Below are positions 39,107-47,479 of a DNA stretch of 64,000 nt, piece by piece. The notes beneath the pieces are model-generated. The model made no database searches. It was not told where the DNA came from and saw only the letters and a list, made by a program, of their open reading frames with translations. The position numbers were made by a program, and so were the translations under genes. How positions within the stretch are numbered: position 1 is the stretch's first letter; every line of letters starts with the position of its first letter. Location of the stretch: contig CAXBMO010000001.1 of assembly GCA_963977015.1 (NCBI GenBank), positions 224,001 through 288,000 on the forward strand. The letters run 5' to 3'. This stretch comes from an uncultured bacterium. GTDB lineage: Bacteria > Verrucomicrobiota > Verrucomicrobiia > Verrucomicrobiales > DEV007.

Positions 39107-40056
39107 GCTCGACTCTCGAATACAGTCACGTTTCCAAGACCTACCCGAACGGCGAATTGCCGGCCGTGAAAGACGTTAGTCTGCGCGTCAAGAAGGGGCA
39201 GATTCTGACCTTGGTAGGGGAGAGTGGGAGCGGAAAAACGACATTGCTAAGAATCGCAGCGGGATTGGAGACGCCGGATTCCGGAGAAGTCAGAATCGGC
39301 GACGAAACCGTCGCCAGTGAGTCGCTCTGGGTGCCACCGGAAAAAAGGGGCGTGGGATTGGTGTTTCAGGATGGGGCTTTGTTTCCTCACCTGACCGTAT
39401 CTCAGAACATTTGTTATGGCCTGAAGGGACGGGACAAGGAGAAGCAGCTGAAAACGGTAGATTTCATGCTGGCGATGGTCGGGCTCAGTGGTTTCAACCA
39501 GCGTTTTCCTCACGAGCTTTCCGGCGGCGAGCGACAGCGATTGGCGGTCGCGCGAGCGTTGGCGCCCCAACCCAAGGTCGTTTTGCTGGACGAGCCGTTC
39601 AGCAATCTGGACCCGTCGTTGCGCCGTTCCATGCGTGACGAGATTCGCCGGATTCTCAACAAAGTTGGAGCAACCGCGATTTTGGTGACTCATGACACCG
39701 ATGATGCGTTGGCCATCGGTGACCGAATCGCGATTTTTCGAAAAGGAGAGATCGAACAAATCGGTACGCCCGCTGAGATTTACGGGAAGCCCAAGAACGC
39801 GTATTGCGCAGAATTGTTCGGCCCGGCTAACCACGTTGTTTTGAATGGAGGAAAGCCCAAATGGATTCGTCCCGAAAACATGACCCTGCTAACGCAACAG
39901 GAACGCGGGTTGATTGAAGTCACTGTCGAGGAGGTAAGGGATGCGGGACGGCATTGCGAGGCGATTGTCCGCCCCCTCAAGAAATCCACTTCGGATCGAT
40001 GGACGGTTTATTGCGGGAAGGCAAAAATCGGGGACCGTGCCTGGATTAAACTCTGA
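39103..40056 (+). CDS. Fe(3+) ABC transporter ATP-binding protein (FbpC/FutC type)
   Basis: Walker A GESGSGKT, LSGGERQR, LLDEPFSNLD and VTHD. ATGA overlap with the permease. Confidence 0.94.
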   Translation: MSSTLEYSHVSKTYPNGELPAVKDVSLRVKKGQILTLVGESGSGKTTLLRIAAGLETPDSGEVRIGDETVASESLWVPPEKRGVGLVFQDGALFPHLTVSQNICYGLKGRDKEKQLKTVDFMLAMVGLSGFNQRFPHELSGGERQRLAVARALAPQPKVVLLDEPFSNLDPSLRRSMRDEIRRILNKVGATAILVTHDTDDALAIGDRIAIFRKGEIEQIGTPAEIYGKPKNAYCAELFGPANHVVLNGGKPKWIRPENMTLLTQQERGLIEVTVEEVRDAGRHCEAIVRPLKKSTSDRWTVYCGKAKIGDRAWIKL

Positions 40057-40278
40057 TTGCGCTGGTTCTGGCCACGTTGGTTGGGGAATGAAACGCTGAT
40101 TCCGCGATGTGTCGAATGGCTGGAAGTCCAAGTCGCAGTTCCGGCTCCAATGGGGCAACAAGTTCAGGCTGACTTGCGAATCGCTTCCCGCAAATCGTGA
40201 AGCCAACCAAAACTTCATGACGGTTCTGACATTAGAAATTAGTGGGAATTTTGGGAATTGGGTGTTTTGTGAGAATTG

Positions 40279-41103
40279 ATGTCACGCATCTATTTCGACT
40301 CTCACATGCACACTCCGCTGTGCAAACATGCCGTTGGTCACCCATCGGAATATGTCGCTGTTGGTTACGAAGCGGGACTGAAGGGGGTGATTTTCACCTG
40401 CCATAGTCCCATGCCCGACGGCTGGTCGGCGCCAGTTCGAATGGCCCCGTCCGAGTTTGACGAATACGTCGATCTCATTGGGGAAGCTCGCGATGCTGCC
40501 CCTGATGGATTCGAAGTCCGGTTGGGGTTGGAAAGCGACTATTTCCCGGGAATGGAATTTTGGCTGAAAGACCTTCATCAGAAGGCGGAGTTCCACTACA
40601 TTCTCGGCTCGGTTCATTGGCATGTTCCCGAATATCGCCAAGCCTTTTGGAAGGACGATATCGCCGCGTTCCAGCGTCAATATTTTGAGCATTTGGCGGA
40701 ATCAGCCGAATCCGGCCTTTTTGACAGTCTGGCGCACCCCGATTTGGTCAAAAACGCCGATCCGGAAGCGTGGGACCAAGCCCGTCCGACAGAACACATT
40801 GCCCGGGCCTTGGATCGCATTGCCGCGACCGGTGTGGCGATGGAATTGAACACGTCCGGGTTGCGCAAAATCTATTCGCAGATGAATCCGGGGCCTGAAA
40901 TGCTGGCGATGATGGCCGAACGCGGGATTCCCGTTGTCATTGGGTCCGATTCCCATGTCCCGGAACGCGTCACCGCGCATTTTGTTGATGCGCTCTCGCA
41001 CCTGGAAGACGCCGGTTATCGGGAAGTCCACGTTTTCGAGAATCGCAAGCCGCAGGCTCTTACGATTGAAGCGGTTCGCGAGAGTTTGGCGGTTCCGGTT
41101 TGA
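40279..41103 (+). CDS. PHP-family histidinol-phosphatase (HisJ family)
   Basis: DSHMHT..CKHA, FTCHSPM, LGLESDY, LGSVH, AHPDLVK, ELNTSG and IGSDSH. Confidence 0.87.
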   Translation: MSRIYFDSHMHTPLCKHAVGHPSEYVAVGYEAGLKGVIFTCHSPMPDGWSAPVRMAPSEFDEYVDLIGEARDAAPDGFEVRLGLESDYFPGMEFWLKDLHQKAEFHYILGSVHWHVPEYRQAFWKDDIAAFQRQYFEHLAESAESGLFDSLAHPDLVKNADPEAWDQARPTEHIARALDRIAATGVAMELNTSGLRKIYSQMNPGPEMLAMMAERGIPVVIGSDSHVPERVTAHFVDALSHLEDAGYREVHVFENRKPQALTIEAVRESLAVPV

Positions 41104-41174
41104 TTCGCGTTTGAGGTCGAATTTGCGGGGAACAACGGCTTTGAGTTCATCGGGATTCGGCCTAGGCTCTCTTC

Positions 41175-41588
41175 GTGAACTCCCCAAACCACCACATCGT
41201 CCTGTTCGATAGCGATTGCCCCATGTGCACGTTCCAGATGCGCGGGCTAACGTGGCTGGATTGGTTCAACAAGGTTCGGTTTCTGGCGATCAAGGATCCT
41301 GAAGCGGCGAAGGTCGCTCCCAGTTTGACTCGTGAAGACCTGTTGGAGGCGATTCACTGCATTACCAAAGATGGCAAGATCCATCGGGGAGCCCGTGCCC
41401 TCCGGTTTTTGGGAATGAGGATGCCGATGCTCGTTCCGTTGGCGCTTTTTCTCTGGATCCCGGGCGTGATCTGGGTTGCCGAGCGCATCTACATGTGGAT
41501 CAGCCGAAATCGGCACCTTCTCAGCAAGGTCTTTGGTTGCAAGGATGCCTGTTCGATCATGCCGGAGCGGCAGCGCGAAGTCGAGTGA
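41175..41588 (+). CDS. DCC1-like thiol-disulfide oxidoreductase (DUF393)
   Basis: VLFDSDCPMC (DxxCxxC), and Y.WISRNRH near the C-terminus. Confidence 0.85.
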   Translation: MNSPNHHIVLFDSDCPMCTFQMRGLTWLDWFNKVRFLAIKDPEAAKVAPSLTREDLLEAIHCITKDGKIHRGARALRFLGMRMPMLVPLALFLWIPGVIWVAERIYMWISRNRHLLSKVFGCKDACSIMPERQREVE

Positions 41589-41603
41589 GCCGCGAACCCG
41601 GAT

Positions 41604-43673
41604 TCACGGGGCCGAACTCAGTCGAAACAACAGCCATTCGGCACGCCGTTTGACTTCGGCATCCTTCGTTTGCTCCGCCGCCTCGATCAGTTGTGGCTTC
41701 GCGAGATAACCCAGCTCACCCAGTTGATCCGTCGCGTTTTCCCGGGTTTTCCAATCGTCGTCTCCCAGATCGCTGATCCATTTCGCGATTTTCGTCAGGG
41801 TTTCCGCAGTGATATTCGGAGACGGAACGACCGATTCGACGATGTCCTGAATCGGAATTTTCCAGGTCGAGTTCATCAGGCGAACGTCGAGAACGCGCTC
41901 TCGAAGCGTCCCCGAAACCACGCCTCCGCCCCAGAGCTCGGCGATAAAGGGCGGTTCCTGATTCGTCGGGGCAAGGTCCGGATCGTCGCCAAGTTGATTG
42001 ACGAGGTAGCGAATGCTGGTTGGATTCACCGGGATTGATTCGCTCTCGGTCAGCATCGTCAGCTGGGGAGCCAGAATGTTGCCGACCAGGCGTTGGCGCC
42101 CCCGAAGGTTGAGATAAGGTTCGGAGATTCGAGGCGATTCCCAGGTTGGGAGTTTGCGCGGATCCGACGTTGCCGCGGCTCGGGAGACGATCGCGCGAAT
42201 CTCGCGGGGGGAGATCGATTGGGACCCAAACCGCGACGTCTCAAACACGAACTCGCCTGCGCCGAGGAACGCGAAAAACCGACTTCCATTCTCCAGTTCG
42301 ACCTGATGTCCCACGGGCTCGGATTCCTGGGAAGAGAGAGCGGTGAGATCGGAAAGCCGAACTTCGACCGTTCCCCACGACGTCACCAACTCGAGCGCGG
42401 AATCGGGAGAGGGAAGCAATGCGAGTCGATCACCCGAATGCGTTTCCAAATAGGCGATGGCGTCATCCGGAATGATCTTCGGACTGGTTCCGGTTTCGAA
42501 ACTCCTGCCCAGAACCAAGCGATCCAGGTGCGCCGGTTCCAAATCCATCACCGTTTGATCGGGAAGCTGAAACTGGAGATTCTCAACGCTCAAGCTGCCT
42601 CCCAGAACCTGGCCGTCCTGCAAATACACCGTTTCCTGATCGCGGCGCTGGCGATGACTTCCCACGATTGCGGCGACCTCGTTGAAGGAGAGTTCCACCG
42701 CGCCAAACTCCGATTCGAGTTCCAGCCTGGCGCAAGTCGCTTCACCAAGAAGCCGGGTTGAATCAGCCACCGCGAGAATGTCGTTCCGGCCGCGCTGCAC
42801 GCCCAGTTGCTCGATGCTGGTGGTGGCAAGAAGTTCCATTCCCCGGGCTTCCTCTTCCAAGGTGAAATTGGCAAGATTGGTTCGAATCGAATTCGGCAGG
42901 GAACCCAGATTGCGATGGAGCGCGCCCGGGCGAAAGGATTCCACGAGCGACTTTCGGTCGAACGAAATCGGAACCGGGATCTGCGAGACCGTGTGCAACA
43001 AATGCTGGGTTTCACCCGGCTTGACCTGGATCTGGAAGTGGGTGCTGAGCACGTAACGGCTTTGAGCGGTGATGGTTGGGCGAGCCTCGCTTTTGGTTGA
43101 TCGAAGCGTCAGGACGAGGGCTCTGCGCACGTTGTTTGCCGTGGGCGTCACCAGAATCCCGGTTTGGTCGCGATTGAGCGTTGCGACTCCGGGGGCACCC
43201 GTATTGGTCAGGTAGTTTTTGTAGTTGCTGCTCAGGTGGGTCCGAATCTCGACCTGAACCGCAATTTCATTCGCCGTCTGGTTCTGGAACGATTCCAGAT
43301 AGCGGACGACCGCGTTCTGCTGATCCAGTCGAATGCGTCGGACCACCGAAAGACCACCATAGCCTTCGCCGACTTTTCCGGGGAGAACGAATTCCAAGCC
43401 GTCTTTCGTCATCAAAGACTGCTCCGCTTGAAACTGCTGATTGTTGATCAACAGCGTCATCCCGGTATTCATCATCGAGTTGCCGATGCGCCCGAGCGTT
43501 CCGTTTTGCTGAAAGTTCCAACTGCTGCCCTGCCGATCCGTGCGGAGGCCGAGAGCTGCCGGAATCAACGTTTCCTGGGATGACGATTCGTTGCTCGGGA
43601 CGAAAGTCTGGGCGTGGCTCGCGACCGTTCCCAGCAACGCGATGAGCAGGATTTTGCGCCAGAGTCCGATCAT
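41604..43673 (-). CDS. Large secreted hypothetical protein with beta-rich repeats and C-terminal HEAT-like repeat (paralogue B)
   Basis: Signal peptide from ATG 43673, which overlaps the upstream stop (ATGA). C-terminal LGDDDWKTRENATDQLGELG...AEVKRRAEWLL. Confidence 0.8.
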   Translation of the reverse strand: MIGLWRKILLIALLGTVASHAQTFVPSNESSSQETLIPAALGLRTDRQGSSWNFQQNGTLGRIGNSMMNTGMTLLINNQQFQAEQSLMTKDGLEFVLPGKVGEGYGGLSVVRRIRLDQQNAVVRYLESFQNQTANEIAVQVEIRTHLSSNYKNYLTNTGAPGVATLNRDQTGILVTPTANNVRRALVLTLRSTKSEARPTITAQSRYVLSTHFQIQVKPGETQHLLHTVSQIPVPISFDRKSLVESFRPGALHRNLGSLPNSIRTNLANFTLEEEARGMELLATTSIEQLGVQRGRNDILAVADSTRLLGEATCARLELESEFGAVELSFNEVAAIVGSHRQRRDQETVYLQDGQVLGGSLSVENLQFQLPDQTVMDLEPAHLDRLVLGRSFETGTSPKIIPDDAIAYLETHSGDRLALLPSPDSALELVTSWGTVEVRLSDLTALSSQESEPVGHQVELENGSRFFAFLGAGEFVFETSRFGSQSISPREIRAIVSRAAATSDPRKLPTWESPRISEPYLNLRGRQRLVGNILAPQLTMLTESESIPVNPTSIRYLVNQLGDDPDLAPTNQEPPFIAELWGGGVVSGTLRERVLDVRLMNSTWKIPIQDIVESVVPSPNITAETLTKIAKWISDLGDDDWKTRENATDQLGELGYLAKPQLIEAAEQTKDAEVKRRAEWLLFRLSSAP

Positions 43674-45517
43674 TGCGCTGAAGAATTGGGGGTGAGGAAA
43701 CCCAGAAAATGGAGGGCCGGGATTTCCCATTGTTGGCCTCGCGCCTCGACCAGGATGTTGGTGTCGCGGAGACGTCCGGCCATCGGAATGCCGCTTTGCA
43801 GCTCAATCTCAAACGTGGGTTGCTGGTCCAGAATTCCTTCCTCGGTTCTTCGAATCCAGGCGATGTCGTTCGCCAAAACCTCGGTCACCGCCGCCTCTGA
43901 AATCACGTGGAGAGTTTGACTGCTGAGGTTCCCGGGTAGTCGATTCCGCCCTTCCAACCAGAGTGTCGGGGCCTCCACTCCAGCAATCCATTCCTGATCA
44001 AATTCCGGCGTCATTTCCGGTTTGGAAGGACCTCCCGTTCCTGCTCGCCAAACTGCGCGAAGCTGTCCTGCGTCGATTTGCAATTCTCCCAATCGGGGAG
44101 TTCCAATCGTGAGTGGGAGCTCACTGATCACGAAACCGGTTAGGCGTGAACCGTCGACCAACTCAAGTTGCTGGCGGGGGCTCGGCCATGCCATGGTTCG
44201 CAGCTGGCTCACTTTGCGGAGCGGAACCTGGATGCGTCCCCACGGAATCGCAAACTCGACACGAGATTCCATCCCGTCTTGAATCGCCAAAACCTCGCCG
44301 GTCTTCAGCTCGGCGAATCCCCAAACCTCGCTCGGAAGTTTCCCATCATCCTTGCTCACCTTGAGAAAGAGAGCGTCAAACGAGTCCGGCTCCAGCGTCA
44401 TTTCCCAGCCATCAGCCCCGCCCATCCGGGCTCCGATTGCCGTCGACGTTCCAATCAGGACTTCGCCGTCTCGGGTAAACACTTCGTGGTAGCGATTGAC
44501 CCCGCGGCCACCGCGCAATCCGGCAATCTGGGACCATTCCAGCTGAACCGCGCCAAATCGGGATTGGAAATCGAGAGGCTGGGTTGGTTGGACCGTGCCG
44601 CGAAGCTGGTTCTCGCGACTCATCCAGAGGAGATCCTCGCCACCACGTTCTGCGTCGAGTTCCTCCAACCACCGATTCAGGCCCACCAGCGCTTCCGCAT
44701 CGAAGGCCGCGGCCAACGGCTCGGGTGAGGAAGGCAGGGCAAAGTTCTGAACCTGGTCCGGAGCGATTTCGCGCGGCAGATTGGACTTGAGGGGGCCACG
44801 GCGATGATAAATCGGATCAAACAACGCCGGCGCGGTCGCGAGATTGGTCACGGTGCGCTGTTCGGCCCAATACAGAACGGCAATCGTGGCTCCCGCGGGA
44901 ATGGTGAGATTGTATTGGAAAACGATCTCGCGATTGCTGTTCCCGGCCCGAACATTCGGTCGCACCGATCCGTTAGAATCGCCAAACAGATAAAGCATGT
45001 CGCTCCGCCCATCGATCGAGTTGAACTTCAGCAGCATGCCGGCGTCGCGAGGGCCGGGGCGGGTGTCGATCAACTTTCCGGAGTTCGAGTAGAGGTCCTG
45101 CCACGCCTGGCTGAAATCGCTTCTCACCTCGATCGGTAGCCGCAATTCACGATCCGCGCTGCGGTTGGTGATGATCTCCAAATGCCGGACGGCGCTGCGT
45201 TTCGTGTCGATCCAGACGTCGCGCCGAATCTTGAGGCCGGGCGATTCCCGTTCAAACGCGAAACGCGTCTCGTTCAATTGATACGCCGCCGTCGCTTCAA
45301 ACTTGGCGCCATTCACCGAAAGCTCATTCGCGGACTGAAACACGTTCGTCCCCATCGTGTAGAACGAACCGGCGCCGGTGAGCTGCCAAAAGAACCCGAA
45401 ATCGTCCTTCACCGGTTCAAACCGATTCGGCACCGCGTCCAGCTTCTCCCACGCCTCCTCCTTCGCGCCGAGCGCTTGGAGTAAAATGAGGCTGACGACG
45501 AGGGCGACGCGAATCAT
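43670..45517 (-). CDS. Large secreted hypothetical protein with beta-rich repeats (paralogue A)
   Basis: Signal peptide from ATG 45517; colinear similarity to the downstream ORF. Confidence 0.8.
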   Translation of the reverse strand: MIRVALVVSLILLQALGAKEEAWEKLDAVPNRFEPVKDDFGFFWQLTGAGSFYTMGTNVFQSANELSVNGAKFEATAAYQLNETRFAFERESPGLKIRRDVWIDTKRSAVRHLEIITNRSADRELRLPIEVRSDFSQAWQDLYSNSGKLIDTRPGPRDAGMLLKFNSIDGRSDMLYLFGDSNGSVRPNVRAGNSNREIVFQYNLTIPAGATIAVLYWAEQRTVTNLATAPALFDPIYHRRGPLKSNLPREIAPDQVQNFALPSSPEPLAAAFDAEALVGLNRWLEELDAERGGEDLLWMSRENQLRGTVQPTQPLDFQSRFGAVQLEWSQIAGLRGGRGVNRYHEVFTRDGEVLIGTSTAIGARMGGADGWEMTLEPDSFDALFLKVSKDDGKLPSEVWGFAELKTGEVLAIQDGMESRVEFAIPWGRIQVPLRKVSQLRTMAWPSPRQQLELVDGSRLTGFVISELPLTIGTPRLGELQIDAGQLRAVWRAGTGGPSKPEMTPEFDQEWIAGVEAPTLWLEGRNRLPGNLSSQTLHVISEAAVTEVLANDIAWIRRTEEGILDQQPTFEIELQSGIPMAGRLRDTNILVEARGQQWEIPALHFLGFLTPNSSAQ

Positions 45518-45601
45518 GGAACAGGACGATTGGCACAGAAACACGCGCCAACGTAGCGGAAATTGCACGAAATCGGGCTTAAACCTGATTCGCGAAACGG
45601 C

Positions 45602-46276
45602 TCATCTGCCATTCGCGGCGATCTCGCTCAGTTCGCGACTCCATATCCAGAATGCCTTCTTGGCGCGTCCCCAACGGCTCAGACCACCAACGATTTCGGT
45701 TTTCCCCGTCTGATCTTCGTCGATCATGGCGTAAAAACGCTCCTTGGTTTCCGAATCGATGATCTCAGCTTGAACCGCGACCGTGCCTGAACCTGGAAAA
45801 TCGCCGCGAACCGCCCACAAGGCTGATGTCGCCGCAAAGGAGGTCGGCGTGTAGCCCGCCGCAAAAAGAAGGGGCGAATTGGGCTCCATTTCGACGACGG
45901 CCGCCCGCACCGTGAGGCTTCCGGGGATTGGTTGATCGACGAGATGCAGTTTCTCGCCGAAGGACTGCGTTAGCGCGGTTTCGAAGGATTCGGCCAGCAT
46001 GTTGGCTTCTTCGCGATTGGGGGCCGCCCGGCGAATCCGGCGATTGTGGTGTTCGAGCACCATTCCGCGCACCGAAACATCCTCGATGTAGACGTCTTGG
46101 TAACTCCGCAGTTTCGCGAGGTTCCCTTCGTAAACCAAAGCGCCGTTGATGCCCGGTTTCTTCGAAAATCCGTGATAGGAGCCGAGGTAGTTGCCGCTGG
46201 GAGGCGATTCAATCGACTTGCAGCTGACCAATCCGGTCATGACGCCGATGAAAAGGAAGAGTTGCACAGGTTTCAC
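45602..46276 (-). CDS. DUF3313 family lipoprotein
   Basis: Lipobox LVSC, SGNYLGSY, LTVRAAVV and AEIIDSET. GTG start. Confidence 0.75.
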   Translation of the reverse strand: MKPVQLFLFIGVMTGLVSCKSIESPPSGNYLGSYHGFSKKPGINGALVYEGNLAKLRSYQDVYIEDVSVRGMVLEHHNRRIRRAAPNREEANMLAESFETALTQSFGEKLHLVDQPIPGSLTVRAAVVEMEPNSPLLFAAGYTPTSFAATSALWAVRGDFPGSGTVAVQAEIIDSETKERFYAMIDEDQTGKTEIVGGLSRWGRAKKAFWIWSRELSEIAANGR

Positions 46277-46406
46277 GACGGGGAATGAACCAGACAGACT
46301 GGCGTCCGCCTAGTAAAAAATCGTTCCAAGGAGAGAATGGAGGGGCAGCGCGTCTCCGGAAAAGTCGGCTTTTGACAATCGCCGCCAACGGGAAGACACT
46401 CACAAC

Positions 46407-46823
46407 GTGCGAATTCTGGGTAACATTCTTTGGTTCATCCTCGGTGGCTTGCTGGCCGCGATCCTCTACATCGTCGGAGGATTACTGCTCTGCCTGACCA
46501 TCATTGGAATCCCGTTTGGGGTGCAGGCCTTCAAACTGGCCGGCCTTTCACTCGCTCCCTTCGGCAAACAGGTCGTTTATGGTGAAAAAGTCACCGGTTG
46601 CGTCGCCGTTTGCATGAACATCCTCTGGGTTTTGGTGGGCGGCTTCTGGATTGCCGTCGTTCATCTCGTTTTTGCCGGGATTTGCGCCATCACCATCGTG
46701 CTGCTTCCCTTCGCCCAGCAGCATATCAAGCTCATGGCTCTCGCCTTCGCGCCGTTCGGGGTGGAGTTGAAGAAATTTGACGAGTACCCCAATCCGTTCG
46801 CCAATCCTGCGCTTCCTCGCTGA
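46407..46823 (+). CDS. YccF domain inner membrane protein
   Basis: LGNILWFILGG...TIIGIPFG...LAPFG, duplicated (NILW...AITIV.LPFA.QH.K...PFG). Confidence 0.88.
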   Translation: MRILGNILWFILGGLLAAILYIVGGLLLCLTIIGIPFGVQAFKLAGLSLAPFGKQVVYGEKVTGCVAVCMNILWVLVGGFWIAVVHLVFAGICAITIVLLPFAQQHIKLMALAFAPFGVELKKFDEYPNPFANPALPR

Positions 46824-46886
46824 TTCGGCCGGTGGGGGCGTTAGGTTAGATTGACCGGGCAAAGAGCTTCGGCTATAGATCGTCCC

Positions 46887-47420
46887 GTGAGTCAATTACC
46901 CGTGGACCAACTCCGCGCCGCTGTGCGCGATGTACCTGATTTTCCCAAGCCTGGAGTCCTGTTCAAGGATATCACGCCTCTTCTGGAGGATCCCAAGTTG
47001 TTTGATATGTCCGTGAACGCGCTCATCGAGCCGATTTCACATCATAGAATCGACAAAATCGTCGGGATCGATGCCCGTGGGTTCATTTTTGGCGCTGCCG
47101 CAGCCCAAAAGCTGAGTGCCGGGCTCGTTCTCATCCGGAAAAAAGGAAAGCTGCCCTACACGACTCACGCCCTCTCCTACGCGCTCGAATACGGCGAAGG
47201 CGTGATCGAGATTCATACGGATTCAATCAAGGAAGGCGAAAATGTCCTCATTCTCGACGACCTCCTCGCCACCGGGGGCACAGCCGCAGCGGCCCAGCAA
47301 TTGGTCGAAAAAGTGGGGGGGAACCTCGTTGCGACGGGCTTTTTGATCGAACTCGACTTTCTGAAAGGTCGAGAAAGGCTCGCAGCAAATTCGCAAACCT
47401 ATGCCATACTCAATTACTGA
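46887..47420 (+). CDS. apt: Adenine phosphoribosyltransferase
   Basis: VPDFPKPGVLFKDITPLL, GIDARGF, IRKKGKLP, YALEYG and PRPP motif ILDDLLATGGT. Confidence 0.96.
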   Translation: MSQLPVDQLRAAVRDVPDFPKPGVLFKDITPLLEDPKLFDMSVNALIEPISHHRIDKIVGIDARGFIFGAAAAQKLSAGLVLIRKKGKLPYTTHALSYALEYGEGVIEIHTDSIKEGENVLILDDLLATGGTAAAAQQLVEKVGGNLVATGFLIELDFLKGRERLAANSQTYAILNY

Positions 47421-47479
47421 GTTCGGGGAACTGCCTGGACTGAGCAAGTCAGCCTGAACGCCTTCGCACTTTTCCCACC

